A stretch of DNA of 64,000 nucleotides, taken from the NCBI RefSeq assembly GCF_036971445.1, contig NC_091471.1, positions 361,398,001 to 361,462,000 of the forward strand, read 5' to 3'. The position numbers were made by a program, and so were the translations under genes. Under the pieces are notes generated by a model. The model made no database searches. It was not told the origin of the DNA and worked only from the letters and a program-made list of their open reading frames with translations. The first letter of the stretch is position 1. The number at the start of each line of letters is the position of its first letter. Source of the DNA: Narcine bancroftii (taxonomy: Eukaryota). Below, in pieces: positions 28,300-41,222 of the stretch.

Positions 28300-30100
28300 C
28301 TGCACCACCTACATCCCTGGTCATCCACTGCCCCTCGTCCCATCTCCAGTTGACTCTACTGGATCCAGATGGGAATTGGGGTGAGACTGATGCTGTGCAA
28401 CTCTCCCTCACTTTAATCCCAATCGAGTGCTCGTCTCGACACCATCATCATCCTTCTGTTTAACCTTTGAAGTCCTGTGGCGATAGACGAGCAACAAAGC
28501 CGGAGATGTGGGTACACGGGAAGCGATAGTCACAAACCTGCACGCCAGCAGCCTAGGCCTAATGGTCGTTTCTCGCCGACTGAAGCAGCGGTGAAACTCG
28601 GCATCTACCTGATGACTGAGCAGCCCTCTTCAGGAACACACTGCTCACCTCCGTAGCATGAGGAAGGGGGCTAGAAAAGGTGCCCTAAATGTTGCTGCTT
28701 CACTATATCCTGACCAGTTCACTGCAGCTGGCAGGGATCCCATCTTGGCAGTCGAACAAATACAAGGTGACACCACTCATCATTGACTCTTGGAAGATGT
28801 GCATGCTTTTGGACAACCCTACAGCAGACAGACCAGAGAGAAGAACAGCCTTAGTTGCCCTGAGACCTTGCAAGATACAATATCGACAACGCGGCTCTGA
28901 ATGAGACTCATCTCACCAACGAAGGTCAGCTGACTGAAACTGGAGGTGGATGCTCTTTTTTTCTGGACCCGGTTGCAGCAGCTGTGATGCTGGAGCTGAA
29001 TTTGCCGCCAGGAGTCACCTTATTCAGAAACTTGCCAGTCTCCCCAAGGGTGTCGAACGACCAGCTCATGACACTACAACAGAACCGAACCTGATCCGCA
29101 CCTACACCTCAACAATGACCAACCCAGACAAGACGAAAGACAGGTTGTATGAAGAACCAGATGCCCCGCTATAAGCAGTGAGCTTCAATGCATGAGTAGG
29201 GTGTGACTGCAGCCCGGCAGAGGGTGTCATTGAGAGACATGGAGTGGGCAAGTGTAACAGAAACGGCCTAGTCTTTCAAAAGCCATGTGCAGCACATGAC
29301 CTCCTCATCACCAACACAACTCTCCGCCTTCCTATCCACAATAGGATCTCCTGGATGCATCCCTGCTCTCAGCATTGCATCTTATCGACATGTCATTGTC
29401 AGGAGAAAAGACAGCCAGGATGTTAGAGGGACCAAGACCATGTGTGGTGCTGACTGTTGGACAGATCACAGGTTCATTGACTTCAAAATGAAACTCTGTA
29501 TCAGACTCAAGACATGGCCATGAGGGAGCAAGGCCATGAAAAGAACAAATGTGGCCAGACTGAAGAACTTCAGCATAGTTTTAGCACTGGCTGAAGACTT
29601 AGAATCCAGACTTGCTGACAAGAGATATACAAGATTCCCCAGGTAGACATAAACAGCACCATGGATGTCACACCAGTAGGAGCCAAAGTCACGAAAGCTG
29701 TCAGCCAGCTATTCAGTGGCAAAGCCCCAGGGGCAGATGCCATACCTTCACAGATCCACAAAGCCAGTGGCCCTGTACCTATAGAGAAGCTCACCAAGTT
29801 GTTCCAGTCTTTCCATTCCTCAGGAACTTAATGATGCATCCATCATCTCTACAAGTGGAAGAAGGGCAATCGACAAGTATGCAACCATCACAGATGTATC
29901 TCGCTACTTTCCATCGTGGGGAAAACCCTTGCAAGAGTCCTGCTAAATTGTCTGGTCACTCATCTGGAGACGCGGCCTGCTGCCAGAGTCACAGAATGGC
30001 TTCTGCAAAGGTTGTGGGGCCATTGCTATGATTTTTGCCACACGCCAACATTTTAAGTGTCAGAATCGCGAACTCTGCCCAACCTTTGTTGACCTCACGG
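28300..30100 (+). mobile_element. Degenerate RTE (BovB-like) LINE: endonuclease and start of RT
   Basis: LLDNPTADRPERRTALVA, EGQLTETGG, HDLLITNT.LRLP..NR.SWMHP, VIVRRKDSQDVRGTKTMCGADCWTDHR, GKAPGADAIP; many frameshifts. Confidence 0.85.
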
Positions 30101-32465
30101 AAGCTAGGCCAAGTCCTGGAGAAAACAGCTTATAACCTGAGAAACAAATACTGTACCTTCCATAAGATCTGGCAGCCATACATGCATTACATAGGCAGAT
30201 GGCGGTGATTGGTTTCCGCGTTTCTTGCTGCGGCTTCCTCTCCCTCACACTGATCCCAATCAAGGAAAGTCAATCAACATCACCCCAGAGGCCGCCCACC
30301 GAGCTGCGACAATCCCTGCTCCTTGTTAGTTATTTTCCTGGTGTTAAAGTTTTGTTGTTGTTGTTGGTTGAAGTTTGAGTGAGTCGTTTTGTTTTATGTA
30401 TGGGGGACGGGAGATTGATAGAGACACGGGCTTGTATATGTAATCATAAAGAAAATGAATATATGTATATTTGAATGTGAACAGCCACTGTATATGGCTG
30501 TACAAGCTTTTGTGAAGATATAAATAAAATATTCAAAAAAGAATAAATTGAATAGATACATGGATGGGAGAGGTCTGGAGGGTTATGGAATGGTAGGTAA
30601 TCGGGACAAGCAGAGAGATGGTCAGCACAGACTAGAATGGCTGAATGGCCTGCTTTCTGTGCTATAGCATTCTATAGTTCTATACCCATTAGGTCTCTTC
30701 AAAATATCTTGTCCCTTACCCTAAAATCCATGTGGTCTAGATGAACTGCAGTTGATGCAGCTCCCTCTCTCCCAACACCATAACCTTCTGAAGTCGGTGG
30801 CTTTTAGCCTCCACCCAATCAGACACATTCTATTGATTCTCTCCTCCCTTCCAACCTCTGCAATTTCCACAAAAAAGATTGACAGGAAATATTAACCACC
30901 TTATTAAATGCAAATCATGTTAAACTTATTCATGTTTTTGAATCTCGTAACAGAGGGTTGACATGAATTTCAGAAGGCATTTCACAAAATGTAATCAAGA
31001 CCACGAAATTAACAGAATTAGTAACATTCACAAAAGGCTGAAAGGCAATAGCATCAAAAGTTTTCATTTTAAGGCTATCAGAAAAGATTCAGTGGCATTT
31101 CCCTGGAACTACCATCATTACCCTTGATCTTCCTGACAACACTAATCAGCATAAAGGACATAATTTCACAAGACCGATCCATAAACACCACAGGGAAAAA
31201 ATTTGCATGCTTGAGAAATGGGGAAATATTTGTCAAATTAAATATAACGCCCAAGTATAAAAGTTTTGGTTCCAAAAAAAGGGGGCAATATTAAATTATG
31301 ACACGATTATTAAATAGATGCCAGAACAGAGAGAGAGCACGGAATTTCTGTACCAAATGTTTGAAGAGCAAGCACGCAACATTAAACAGTAACGAGTGAC
31401 CGTGCCACCTTGGAGACAGAGTACAGGCCAATCCCCATTTTATGGAGGCATTATTTGAGAAAACACGAGTGGCACATTGTAAGAACACGTATTTCACTGA
31501 CAGTACAATAATCGCAGAGAAAGCTTCCTGATATTACTTTATTCATAATATACTAAAATCCCCGTAATCTGGAATTCAAGTAACTGGTAGCCTCAAGCAA
31601 CCAGCAAAAAAAAAATCACGCAAAATAAATAGGTAAAAAAAATATAAAAGTTTAAAATTGCCGCCCCCAAGCAGTCAATTTGCCAATAATGGAACACGCA
31701 GTCTCAAGCAACCAGAAAATTCACTTATGTCCAATTAACAGCTTTTGTCTGTTGATTTGGACTCCTCTCCTTTGGCTCCCCCTTTCTCTCCTAACTCATT
31801 AATTCAGATGCCTGCCTGCTTTTTTTTGCTTATACCTTGAAGGCGGTCTCGGGCCCAAATGTCGGTAATCAATCTTTACCTCCGATGGTTGCTGCGAGAC
31901 CAACTGAGTTCCTCCAGCATTTCTGTACGTTTTTATTGCAAAAATAGCCATCTTCAGTTCTGTGTCACGAACTCCACCACCACCATTTAAATCACCACAA
32001 TCTCTTTTTGAGAGCTTCCCTTGCTTCCACCAGCTGTTAACAAGTGCTTGTAAACAAAGAGCACAACAGCAGCACATAAATTGATGGGGAGCTACTCTTC
32101 CTACTCCAGATGCCAGTGATATGAATTTCCACCCAAGGGTACAACCAATTAGGGTGCTTTTAAAATTATGAATCAAGGCAAGACAAAGATATTTAGAATA
32201 GTCACACAACAATTCACAGCAATCCATTATAGCAACTTCAGAATGGGTTCTCTAGCCGAAAGTAATTAAACATTGCACATCAACTGTGGGCAAATGTACT
32301 GCCGAGATTTTAGCAGAATGCTCTGAGTTGAGCAGACACTCGCTGCTGCCATCAGGGAAGAGGCACAGGTGCCGCAACATTCCACGTTTAGAAACAGCTG
32401 CTACCCCTCCACCATCAGACTCCTCAACAACAAACTTAATTTGAGACACGTTTAAGAACTCTTAC

Positions 32466-32680
32466 TTAGACATACAGCATGGTAACAGGCCCTTCCATGC
32501 CACCCAATTACTCCCAACTGACCTACAACATCCGCACATTCTGAAGGGTAGGAGGAAACCAGAGCACCCAGAGGAAACCCACGCACACAGTGGGAGAATG
32601 TTCAAACTCCTAACAGACAGCACCAGATTTGAACCCGGTTCAATGGCACTGTAACAGCATTGCACCAACTGCAACACTAT
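32466..32680 (-). mobile_element. tRNA-derived SINE (V-SINE-like)
   Basis: GGAGGAAACCAGAGCACCCAGAGGAAACCCACGCA..TTTGAACCCGG (reverse complement of the SINE core). Confidence 0.8.
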
Positions 32681-32689
32681 TATTCAGAT

Positions 32690-33080
32690 GCAGAGGAGAG
32701 CTTCACTTCTTGTCGATGGTCCATGAGGAAATAGTCTCCCCAGTCCCAAGAAACACAGAGTAATGCTTTGCTGGGCACCTTCGCTCTGTCCGCACCAGTG
32801 ACAGGGATATCCCAGAGGCCAATCATTTCAATTCTGCACTCCAGAATTCCCATACTTCCTCTCTCTTATCTGTCCCCCTCTCTCTTCTTTCCTCCAGCTC
32901 TTTACCCACTCCACCCCCAGTCACAGAGCAACCTCCCCTCCTCCTGTTTGCCCACATCTTCCCCCCCCCCACAAAACTTGATGAAGGGCTCCAACCCAAA
33001 AATTTGGGTTTCTATTTATACCTTTGCCCTATAAGATAGGCAGCTTGACCTGCTGAGTTTCTCCAGCATTTTGTGTTCAC
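32690..33080 (+). mobile_element. Penelope-like element remnant
   Basis: FAGHLRSVRTSDRDIPEANHFNS (GIY-YIG region), then TTGATGAAGGGCTC..TGACCTGCTGAGTTTCTCCAGCATT. Confidence 0.65.
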
Positions 33081-33751
33081 TATGCAGTAAATCTTCCCAG
33101 ACCGTGCCACAAATGGATTATTTCAAACAAAATGATCAGAGGAAGCAGGAAAGTTCCAGGACTTAAAGGGTCCATATAGTTGCTATATGGGGCTGTTCCA
33201 CTGCTTAGACACCACACGAATCTCCACCAATTTCATCTGTCTGCACATCTTCCTTTTCATTCCCATTTATTTCCAGAGATAGTGTTGATTAGAGAAATTG
33301 TACTACATCTACCTGTTCTGCTCTTAGGTCAGCTGGCAATGAAACACTTTAAATTGTTTAAGCAAAGACACGTTTTCATGTCTCCATGATAAGTGCAGAA
33401 ATTGCACATATGCCACTCCCCACCTCTCAACCACATATTTAAAACTAATTAACTTAATTGAGTGCCAATTCATTTCCTTCGTTGAGATGTTGACCTCCAG
33501 TCAACCAAAGTCAAAATTTTTTTTTACTGAAACTGGTCATTTTTTTTTTGTTCACATGACAAAGCCACAGCAGAGTTTGCATGAACGAATTTTATCTCAT
33601 CTTTTGCAGATGAACCTTACAGTTGCTTTGTAGAATCCTCCTGTTTGTCTCTCCCACAATTGCATGTTCAATAAATATTGCCAAATTGTTCAGTCAAAAG
33701 GCGGAGGCATAACAGCTCTTAAGCAGAGTTTGAAAGTCTCTTCACACTCAC

Positions 33752-33790
33752 CCCTGCAGCAAAACCAAGACTTCCATCCAGAATGTGTTT
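33752..33790 (-). CDS. slc39a11: ZIP11 coding exon 2 (39-nt micro-exon, absent from the ORF track)
   Basis: Minus strand: ..ctatacag|AAA CAC ATT CTG GAT GGA AGT CTT GGT TTT GCT GCA GGG|gtgagt = KHILDGSLGFAAG, matching the ZIP11 ILDGSLGFAAGVM motif. Confidence 0.95.
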
Positions 33791-33962
33791 CTGTATAGAA
33801 AAGATGAGAGTAAAATTTAAACTTGGACAAAGAAATACAATATTTTTACATCTTTCAGGACCTCAATGTCTAAAAATGCTTGTCAACAAAGAAAAAAAGT
33901 GCAATAACTAAATTCAGCTACTTCCTGTAGAACCTCAAGCAGCATGTTGAGAAATGATATTA

Positions 33963-34133
33963 CAGTAAACCCCTAGTTTCGGGCACCAATATGGATTGTA
34001 TTTTCCTGTTGCATGAGATTGTGTAGATTAGTTAATTTAATCGCTGAGGGCGCCAATTTTAAACTTTTTTTTTAATTTATTCCGCAATTTTTTTTGCCGG
34101 TTGCTTGGATTCCAGATAATGGGGTTTTTACTG
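33963..34133. mobile_element. Tigger/pogo-like MITE with TA target duplication
   Basis: TA-CAGTAAACCCC ... GGGGTTTTTACTG-TA; related copies near 13731, 31550 and 37175. Confidence 0.75.
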
Positions 34134-35619
34134 TACTGAGTTTCATTGGTTTGCCTCGCTCACCAACACATTTGTATTCTCGTCTCATTTCTGTCATACT
34201 CAATGTTTTCCTTTGAAGTATCAGCAAGAGATGTTGGTGTTGTTTTCCTTCTGAGTTTCTTCATTGTAGACATTTGTAGATCAGTCTGCTTCGTGATCAG
34301 TGCAGAATCAGAATTTATTGTCATGTATTTTGCTGTTTTGTGGCAGCATTACGCAGTGCAAACATTTATATCAACCACATTGCAAAATAAATCAACAAAA
34401 ATAGTGCACCAAAAGTCAATGTGAGGCAGTGTCTTTGGCTCATTGATCATTCAGGAATCTGATGGCAGAGGGGAAGAAGCTGTCCTTGTGCCACTAAGTG
34501 CTCATCTTCAGGCTCTGGCACCTATATACTGTCACACTATAATATATATATCTATTAATAAATTATTGTTTTAAAAGAAAACAACACTGTCTTGGTGAAT
34601 TTCTATTGCTGCTGGTCTGTGATGTTACATTACTCTGAGGGGAAAATTATCTGGAAACTCTCACTTAATGCTCCCCTGAGATTTTGGTAAGGTTACATCT
34701 TTCTATCATTCTCCATACATCCTTGCAAAAGCTCACTGCTTAATTGTTTACACTTTTTGAAAGATTAATATAACGCGAGCCCCAACTTAAAAAAAAATAA
34801 AGGAACATTCCAGATCCTGCAGTCAAGGGGAAGCTGTGGGATAAAAGTCCACCTGCCCACATGCCCCAAACCCATTTCATCACATCCTCGTAATTATATT
34901 TCCTTCCACCAAGTACAGTAACTCGAGGGATAAAGGAATAGATGCATCTCACAGGTGATGCCAAAACAACGTTCGACAAAAATCAGTTATTCAATTGCAA
35001 AGAAAGCTTTGCACCAACTGTCTTTCACACTCTGGTGAAACAAAGCTTCTTGTGAAGCAGCAATGTTTTGAGAAACATTCCACATCACTTCACAAGTACA
35101 TAAGCTTCAGATCATTTTAAAAATGTCACAAAAGCAAAGTTACAAAAAAGACTTCGTAAAACTTACTCCAATTTATGCTGGGACTTGTCAAAACATAAAA
35201 TGCAATAAACTATTAATGAACAATAAAAGCTATTTAAAAGAACTGCAAGGGAGGCCTTCAATCTCCTGATCCACATTCATCAACCATCAACATATTTAAA
35301 ATAGCCTAAATTTAAAAAAAAAAGACCAGGTAAGAGATTAAGATTCGTTAGAAATGTATGGAGATACAAGAAAGGAAAATTGTAATCATTAGACCTGAAG
35401 TGGGCAGATAAAGTTACTCAAGAGTTGCTCAAGGGCATCAATGAAATGCACTGAATGAAAAAGAGCAAATCTGCAGCAAGTTTCCAAGGCTGGGAAAAAT
35501 CTAGTTGACCTGCCCTTTTTTTTTTAATTGAACAATTGGACTGGGAGGATGTAATTAAAATGATCTAAGTCACAAGGATTGTACCCATCCCTTAAAGTGC
35601 ACTTGCATGACCAGGAGAG

Positions 35620-36085
35620 AGAAAATCTCTGAGTTAGCCACTTCTGTCTGCTCCAACATTGATCCATTCACCCAACCTGTCCAGGTCACATTCAACACTT
35701 TCCACATCCTCCCTCACTCGACCACCTCCTCACAGCTTAAATTGGTCAGGATACTTGGAAAACATTGCCCTCACTTCTAGATCAGTGTCCCATTAAGTTC
35801 CTTGTCAAATGCCTAACTAAAGTCCTACCCAACCCTCCCTCATTAACCACATTTGTCACCTCCTCAAAAAAAATTCAAACAAATTGGTAAAGTCATAACC
35901 TGCCCCCTCACAAAGCAATGTTAACTGCTCCAAACCTGACCATGACTTTCCAAATGTGGATAAATCCTTTCCCAACCATCTTTTCCAGTAGTTTCCCCAC
36001 GACTGATGTGAGACACACTGGCCCATAATTTCCAAGATTATCCTGATCTCCAAACTAGGTACAACATTCACTGCTCTCCCATCCT
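35620..36085 (-). mobile_element. CR1-type LINE RT fragment
   Basis: Minus-strand VVP..GNY.PVSL.S..GK.LE..FTNLFEFF motifs, degenerate. Confidence 0.65.
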
Positions 36086-36294
36086 CGTGCTAGGGCTGAA
36101 TGCAATCTTTTCACTTGCTTCTTTCATTAACCAGGGGTATGTCCCAAGACACCCTTTCATACCCTTAATCTTGTCACGTCATGACCCCTTTGCCTTTCCT
36201 TCGCTCGCACACGGTATATGGAAGAAGCTGTCTGAAAAAGTGAGAATACAGTTGGAATGAGGACATTTAGACAGGTGCATGGACTGGAGTAGAA

Positions 36295-36618
36295 CAGTGG
36301 TGCTCAACCTTTCTCTTTCTGCTCACTTTAAGTAATCCCTATACCATTGGTGCTCTGTGATTAGTAAAGGATTGCTTAAAGTGGTATGCGAATGGGAAGG
36401 GAAGGTTGACAACCACTGCCCTACTTTGCTTGAGAAAATTTGTCACTGGCCCAGTTCCTTTGGAGTTATGAAACCGAGTCCATGAACTACGATTAAAACA
36501 GTGGTTTTCAAACTTTTACTTACCACCCACATAGCATCGTAAGCAATCCCTTACTAATCACAGAGCACCTATGGCAAAGGGAAGTGGTATGTGAGTGGAA
36601 AAAGGTTGGGAACCACTG
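36295..36618. mobile_element. hAT-type composite MITE with perfect 8-bp TSD GAGTAGAA
   Basis: CAGTGGTGCTCAACCT..AGGTTGGGAACCACTG ends; TSD at 36287-36294 and 36619-36626; two internal sub-units (36295-36418, 36499-36618). Confidence 0.85.
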
Positions 36619-37174
36619 GAGTAGAAGTATATGGGCAAAATGCAAGTAAATGGGACGAGCTTAGGGAGACAATTTAGCACAAACAGGTTGGGCCAAAGGG
36701 CCTGCTTTCATGCCAAGAAACTCTTCCTTTAAATCTAACTCTGCTAACTTTGTTTCTTTACCAACTGCACTTCCCCCAACATCAAGGTTCCTCCATCTTG
36801 GAATATAATGGCCCCAACTCTCATTATGTTTCATGTTTAAACACCTCCCACTCCTTGCCCTGTAGACTTGCCTGCATGAGGTTGAGTGCCATCTATTGTT
36901 GTCAAGCCCTGTCTTATTACATTGAAATCTGCTTACCCTCCCCCTCCCCCAGTTCAGATCTTGGATAACCAGTCGATTTTTGTTATTCTCCACTACAACA
37001 GAGTTAGTCACTGTCTCCATAAAGTTTGCCCAGATATTCATTCCTCCCTCCCGGCTACATTGCCAAAGATTAGATCCAAGATCCAAGATTTCTCCTTCTG
37101 AAGCCAAGTCTGCATAATGGGCCATGGAATTTAACTCAGACAAATGCAAGGTGTTGCATTTCAGTAGGTTACAC

Positions 37175-37825
37175 CAGGTAAAGCCCCTATTATCCAGAAT
37201 TCAAGCAACAAGCAAAAAAAAAGGAAAATAAACAAATAGAAATAAACAAGAATAAATTAAAAAATACATAAACATTTAAAATATTCTCTGAAGCAACACA
37301 AAACTTTGGAAAAGATGGTAGCAAATACTCAGCCAGCGGAGAGGCTCGATCATGCTTTGCTCATGGCAGCTGTTTTAATAAAATGGCAGCACCCAGGATG
37401 AAGAGCTGGTTGATGCCGCTCACTGTTGAGGTGACTCTCTTAAAGTGTCTCCTTATCCCTGCTCAGTAAGAGTCTTTATTAGTATATTATTAAGTATAAT
37501 AGTCAGGATTTATCTGTAAACCTGGAAGAGCAGGGAACTAATTATGCCCTTTTTTTTTTGTCTTTCAGGCAGCTCCGTGGAGGGGGAGGAACCTGCAGAG
37601 GCAGCGATGGTTAAATGTTTTCAAAGAATGTAACTGAAAATGAAGAAAATCCTTTAAGGTTTATATATTCATGCAAGTGAAGTTTGTTCAGTGTAATTAC
37701 AGTATTGTATTTTTGTCTTTTAAACTATTTATTCTTAATTCAGGTGCAGTTAGGCAAACAACCAGAAAATTTGCTTATCCGGCACCTACCAATCCACGAG
37801 GTGCCAAACACCAGGGGCTTTACTA
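37175..37825. mobile_element. Tigger/pogo-like non-autonomous DNA transposon
   Basis: GTAAAGCCCCT ... AGGGGCTTTAC inverted ends; internal CAAGCAACC/CCAGAAAATT motifs shared with the 33963 family. Confidence 0.65.
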
Positions 37826-38079
37826 TACTCTGATAGCAAGTGGAAAGCACCTGAAGAGAGGTGAAGAACAAAGAGTCTTGGGCTACAGGTACACAGTTCC
37901 ATGAAAGTGTTGACACAGGTAGATAGGGTGGTTAACAACAGGAGCAGGGATTTCTGTACAATATGTTGTTGAGGTCACACTTGGACTGTTGTGGTCATCT
38001 GTTCATAGGAAATGTGTATTTGAGAAAGGATGCAGAAACTATTTATAAGAATGTTACCAGGACTGGTACACGACATGCA

Positions 38080-38400
38080 TACCACATGCAGGCAGGATAA
38101 TAAATGAAGTTCTACAAAGAACGAAAACAAAATATAATTACTTCAAAATATCAGAAAACAGCAATCAAAATTCTTTGGACACATGATGCAAAGAGATAAA
38201 TTAAAACACTTAGTTACAACTGGAAACCTGAATGGAAAAAGAAGCAGAGGTAGACAGAGAATGGAAATGATAGATGGATTAACATCATGGTTAGAAACAG
38301 GGGAGGCAACTACAATTCAGAGGGTCAGAGATTGTGATGGATGGAGAGACATGTTTGCCCACGCTGAATAGTAAAGGCACCTGAACGAACAACCAGGTTG
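38080..38400 (+). mobile_element. RTE-type LINE 3' end fragment
   Basis: NEVL..IRKQQSKFFGHMMQRDKLKHLVTTGNLNGKRSRGRQR..DGLTSWL. Confidence 0.7.
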
Positions 38401-38473
38401 AGTACAAGGAGAGGTGGGACATCTCTCTCAGGACCATCGGGGCAGTAATTGTGATATTTATCATCATGAGGGG

Positions 38474-38818
38474 CAATAAACTCCAGAGGGTTGTTAACTC
38501 GGCCTGCGACATCACAGCCACCAAACTTCACTCCATCTACATGAGGCAGTCTCTTTAAAAAAAAGCCTCTATCCTCAAAGACCCCAACTACCCAGGCCAT
38601 GCCCTCTTCACTCTGCTACCATCAGGGTAAAGGGGAGCACTCAGCAGCACAAGGACAGCTTCTTCCCCGCTGCCATCAGATTCCGGAATGATCAATGAAC
38701 CAAAGACACTGCCTTACTTTTCATCCACTAATATTGTTATTATTTTATAGTGATGTCATAAGACGCTGCCGCAAAACAACAAATTTCATGACTTGTTCAT
38801 GACAACAAATTCTGATTC
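38474..38818 (+). mobile_element. Rex1/Babar-type LINE 3' end (same subfamily as 8705-9582)
   Basis: Near-identical to 9224-9580 (AATAAACTCCAGAGGGTTGTTAACTCGGCCTGCG..GACGCTGCCGCAAAAC..TTCTGATT). Confidence 0.85.
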
Positions 38819-39876
38819 CAATAGATTAAGTAAATACTTTTCACCAAAGGGTAGTGGAGTCTTAAACTAGAGGGTACAGATTTAAAGAGAAAGGGGAAGA
38901 ATTGAAAGAACCCAAGGGGCATCTGTTTCCACAGAGGTATGTGGAAGGAGCTGCAGGAGGAAGTGGTACAGACAAATCTAATAACAAACTTTAAAAGACA
39001 GGTCCATGGATCGGAAAGGTTTAGAGGGATATGGGCCAAATGCAGACAAGTAGGGCTAGCAGAGGGAGACAACTTGACAATGGGGCTATAAAATTCTGAC
39101 TTTAAAATCTTTCCAGGATAGAGCTGAAAAAAGTTCAGCCTCGACACAATTTGTTACATTGAAGTAATCCCAGTTAATATCAGATTTCAATTTTCGCCCA
39201 CATCATTAACCTCTTGTATTTATAGAATGCAGAAATTGTAACAGGCAGTTTTGCACATTAAATTATACTTCCTTTTGAGTGTTTTTTTAAACATGCAATG
39301 AATACATAGAACATTACAACCCAGTACAAGCCCTTCAGCACACAATGCTGTGCCAACCTTTGTAAACTTACTCGACAACAATTCAACACTTCCCTACCTC
39401 ACATCCATAAACCCCATCTTTCTTACATCCATGTGCCTGTCCAAGTCTTTGAATGTCCCTATTGCACCTGCCTCCACCACCACCCCCAGCAATGCATTCC
39501 AGACCCCCACCCCGATCAGTGTTCAAAATAAATTACAGCTGACATCTCCCCTAAACTTTCCTCCATTCAACTATTGATGGCAAGAACAATTCTTTGCGAT
39601 TTTATCTAAATGCCCTCAAGAAGGGCAGTGACACAGGCATGGTCCACATGGCAAAGACCATTCCTATGACAGAGAAGATTCAAGGAGCTTCACTTGTGAA
39701 AAAGCAATGGGAAGACCAACGAAATCAGGATGTTACAAGACATGGACAGGAGGTGTGCTGTCTTTGCACATGTGGTAAGGGGGGGTGGGGGGGGTTGAGA
39801 AACAGATCAGCAAATCAGATCAGCCATCAACACTGAAGACTGGAAGGCGTCTTTGCAAATTGCACAATGAACTGAC

Positions 39877-39998
39877 CAGTGGTTCTCAACTTTTTTTTTA
39901 TACACCACTTCAAGTAATCCCTGACTCACCAGTGCCATAGGTTCTCTGTGGCTAGAGAGGTGATATGGGAGTGGTTTAAAAAAGGTTGAAAACCACTG
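39877..39998. mobile_element. hAT-type MITE (single unit of the 36295 family)
   Basis: CAGTGGTTCTCAAC ... GGTTGAAAACCACTG inverted ends; no TSD seen. Confidence 0.7.
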
Positions 39999-40215
39999 CC
40001 ATAAATTTTGTTACCTGATGCTGCCTATGCGTGAGCTGCCAGTACGTCTCTGCATTGTAATTGACCCCAGACTTCCTTGCTTGAGCTGCCTGGATTGGAT
40101 GTGTCCTACTTCTTCATGGACACTGAACACCATTAGTATTAAAGACTAATCTCCGAAGGGGAGTCAAACACTGCATTTCAATCCTTCGCTGGCAATGTGA
40201 TACACCAACACCAAC

Positions 40216-40323
40216 CTGTCCCTGGGAGAAGACGAACACCAGAGCAGCTCCGGCAGCAGTGAGGCCCCAGGTGAGCAAGGTCCCGAGCAAGGTCTGCGAG
40301 ACCGGGCTCCAACCCTCGATCAT
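40216..40323 (-). CDS. slc39a11: Zinc transporter ZIP11, first coding exon (108 nt)
   Basis: ATG at 40323; MIEGWSPVSQTLLGTLLTWGLTAAGAALVFVFSQGQ matches the ZIP11 N-terminus/TM1; GT donor at 40215-40214. Confidence 0.96.
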
Positions 40324-40359
40324 CCTCCTCCCTCTCCGCTTTCCCCGACCCGGCCGGGC

Positions 40360-40495
40360 TCCACTCACTTCCGCATCCGCATCCGCCCCCCCCCCGCGCT
40401 GCAGCGGCGGCCCGAGGCGCATCCAATGGCAAGGCCGGACCGCGGGGCGCTGCGTGTCTCATTGGCTGCAGCGCCCGTCCATTCACGTGGAGAAG
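40360..40495 (-). promoter_or_regulatory. CpG-rich TATA-less promoter of slc39a11
   Basis: ETS CGGAAGT (40373-40367), GC box (40383-40390), two CCAAT boxes in opposite orientation (40423-40427; ATTGG 40461-40465), E-box CACGTG (40484-40489), high CpG density. Confidence 0.75.
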
Positions 40496-40753
40496 AGTCC
40501 AAATTCAGGACTTTCAGCCCGTCGGGACGTGGATGCCCCAGTTCCGTGTCCGTATCCAACTGCACCACCAGAAAAGTTAAGAGAAAGAAAATAATGTTGC
40601 AATCAAAAACTGATACAACCAGACAACTTCATTCTGCAAACTTCACTCACAGGGACTCGGGCCTCGAATTCATGCAAAAAAAAAGGATTTTTAATGCAGA
40701 TTCTTGACTAAATCGAAACAACCTTTTAAATACAGTGGACGTTTCAATATGTA

Positions 40754-41222
40754 TCTTCTTCTTTGGGAAGATTTATGGAGGGGGTAAAAAGTCCACGTCA
40801 GCTGCAGGCTCGTTTGTGGCTGACCAGTCCGATGCGGGACAGGCAGACACGGTTGCAGCGGAAAATTGGTTGGTTGGGGTTGGGTGTTGGGTTTTTCCTC
40901 CTTTGCCTTTTGTCAGTGAGGTGGGCTCTGCGGTCTTCTTCAAAGGAGGCTGCTGCCTGCTGAACTGTGAGGCGCCAAGATGCACGGTTTGAGGCGATAT
41001 CAGCCCACTGGCGGTGGTCAATGTGAGATTTCTTTAGGCAGTCCTTGTACCTCTTCTTAGGTGCACCTCTGTCTCGGTGGCCAGTAGAGAGCTTGCCATA
41101 TAACACGATCTTGGGAAGATGATGGTCCTCCATTCTGGAGATGTGACCTACCCAGCGCAGTTTGATCTTCAGCAGCGTGGATTCGATGCTGTCGGCCTCT
41201 GCCATCTCGAGTACTTCGATGT
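40754..41222 (-). mobile_element. 5'-truncated RTE-type LINE 3' end
   Basis: ESTLLKIKLRWVGHISRMEDHHLPKIVLYGKLSTGHRDRGAPKKRYKDCLKKS..CLSRIGLVSHKRAC; (AAG)n tail at 40754-40764. Confidence 0.9.

Noticed and set aside
40114-40707. Overlapping GC-rich ORFs around the slc39a11 promoter
   Set aside because: Expected from the low stop-codon frequency of a CpG island; only 40323-40216 matches a known protein.
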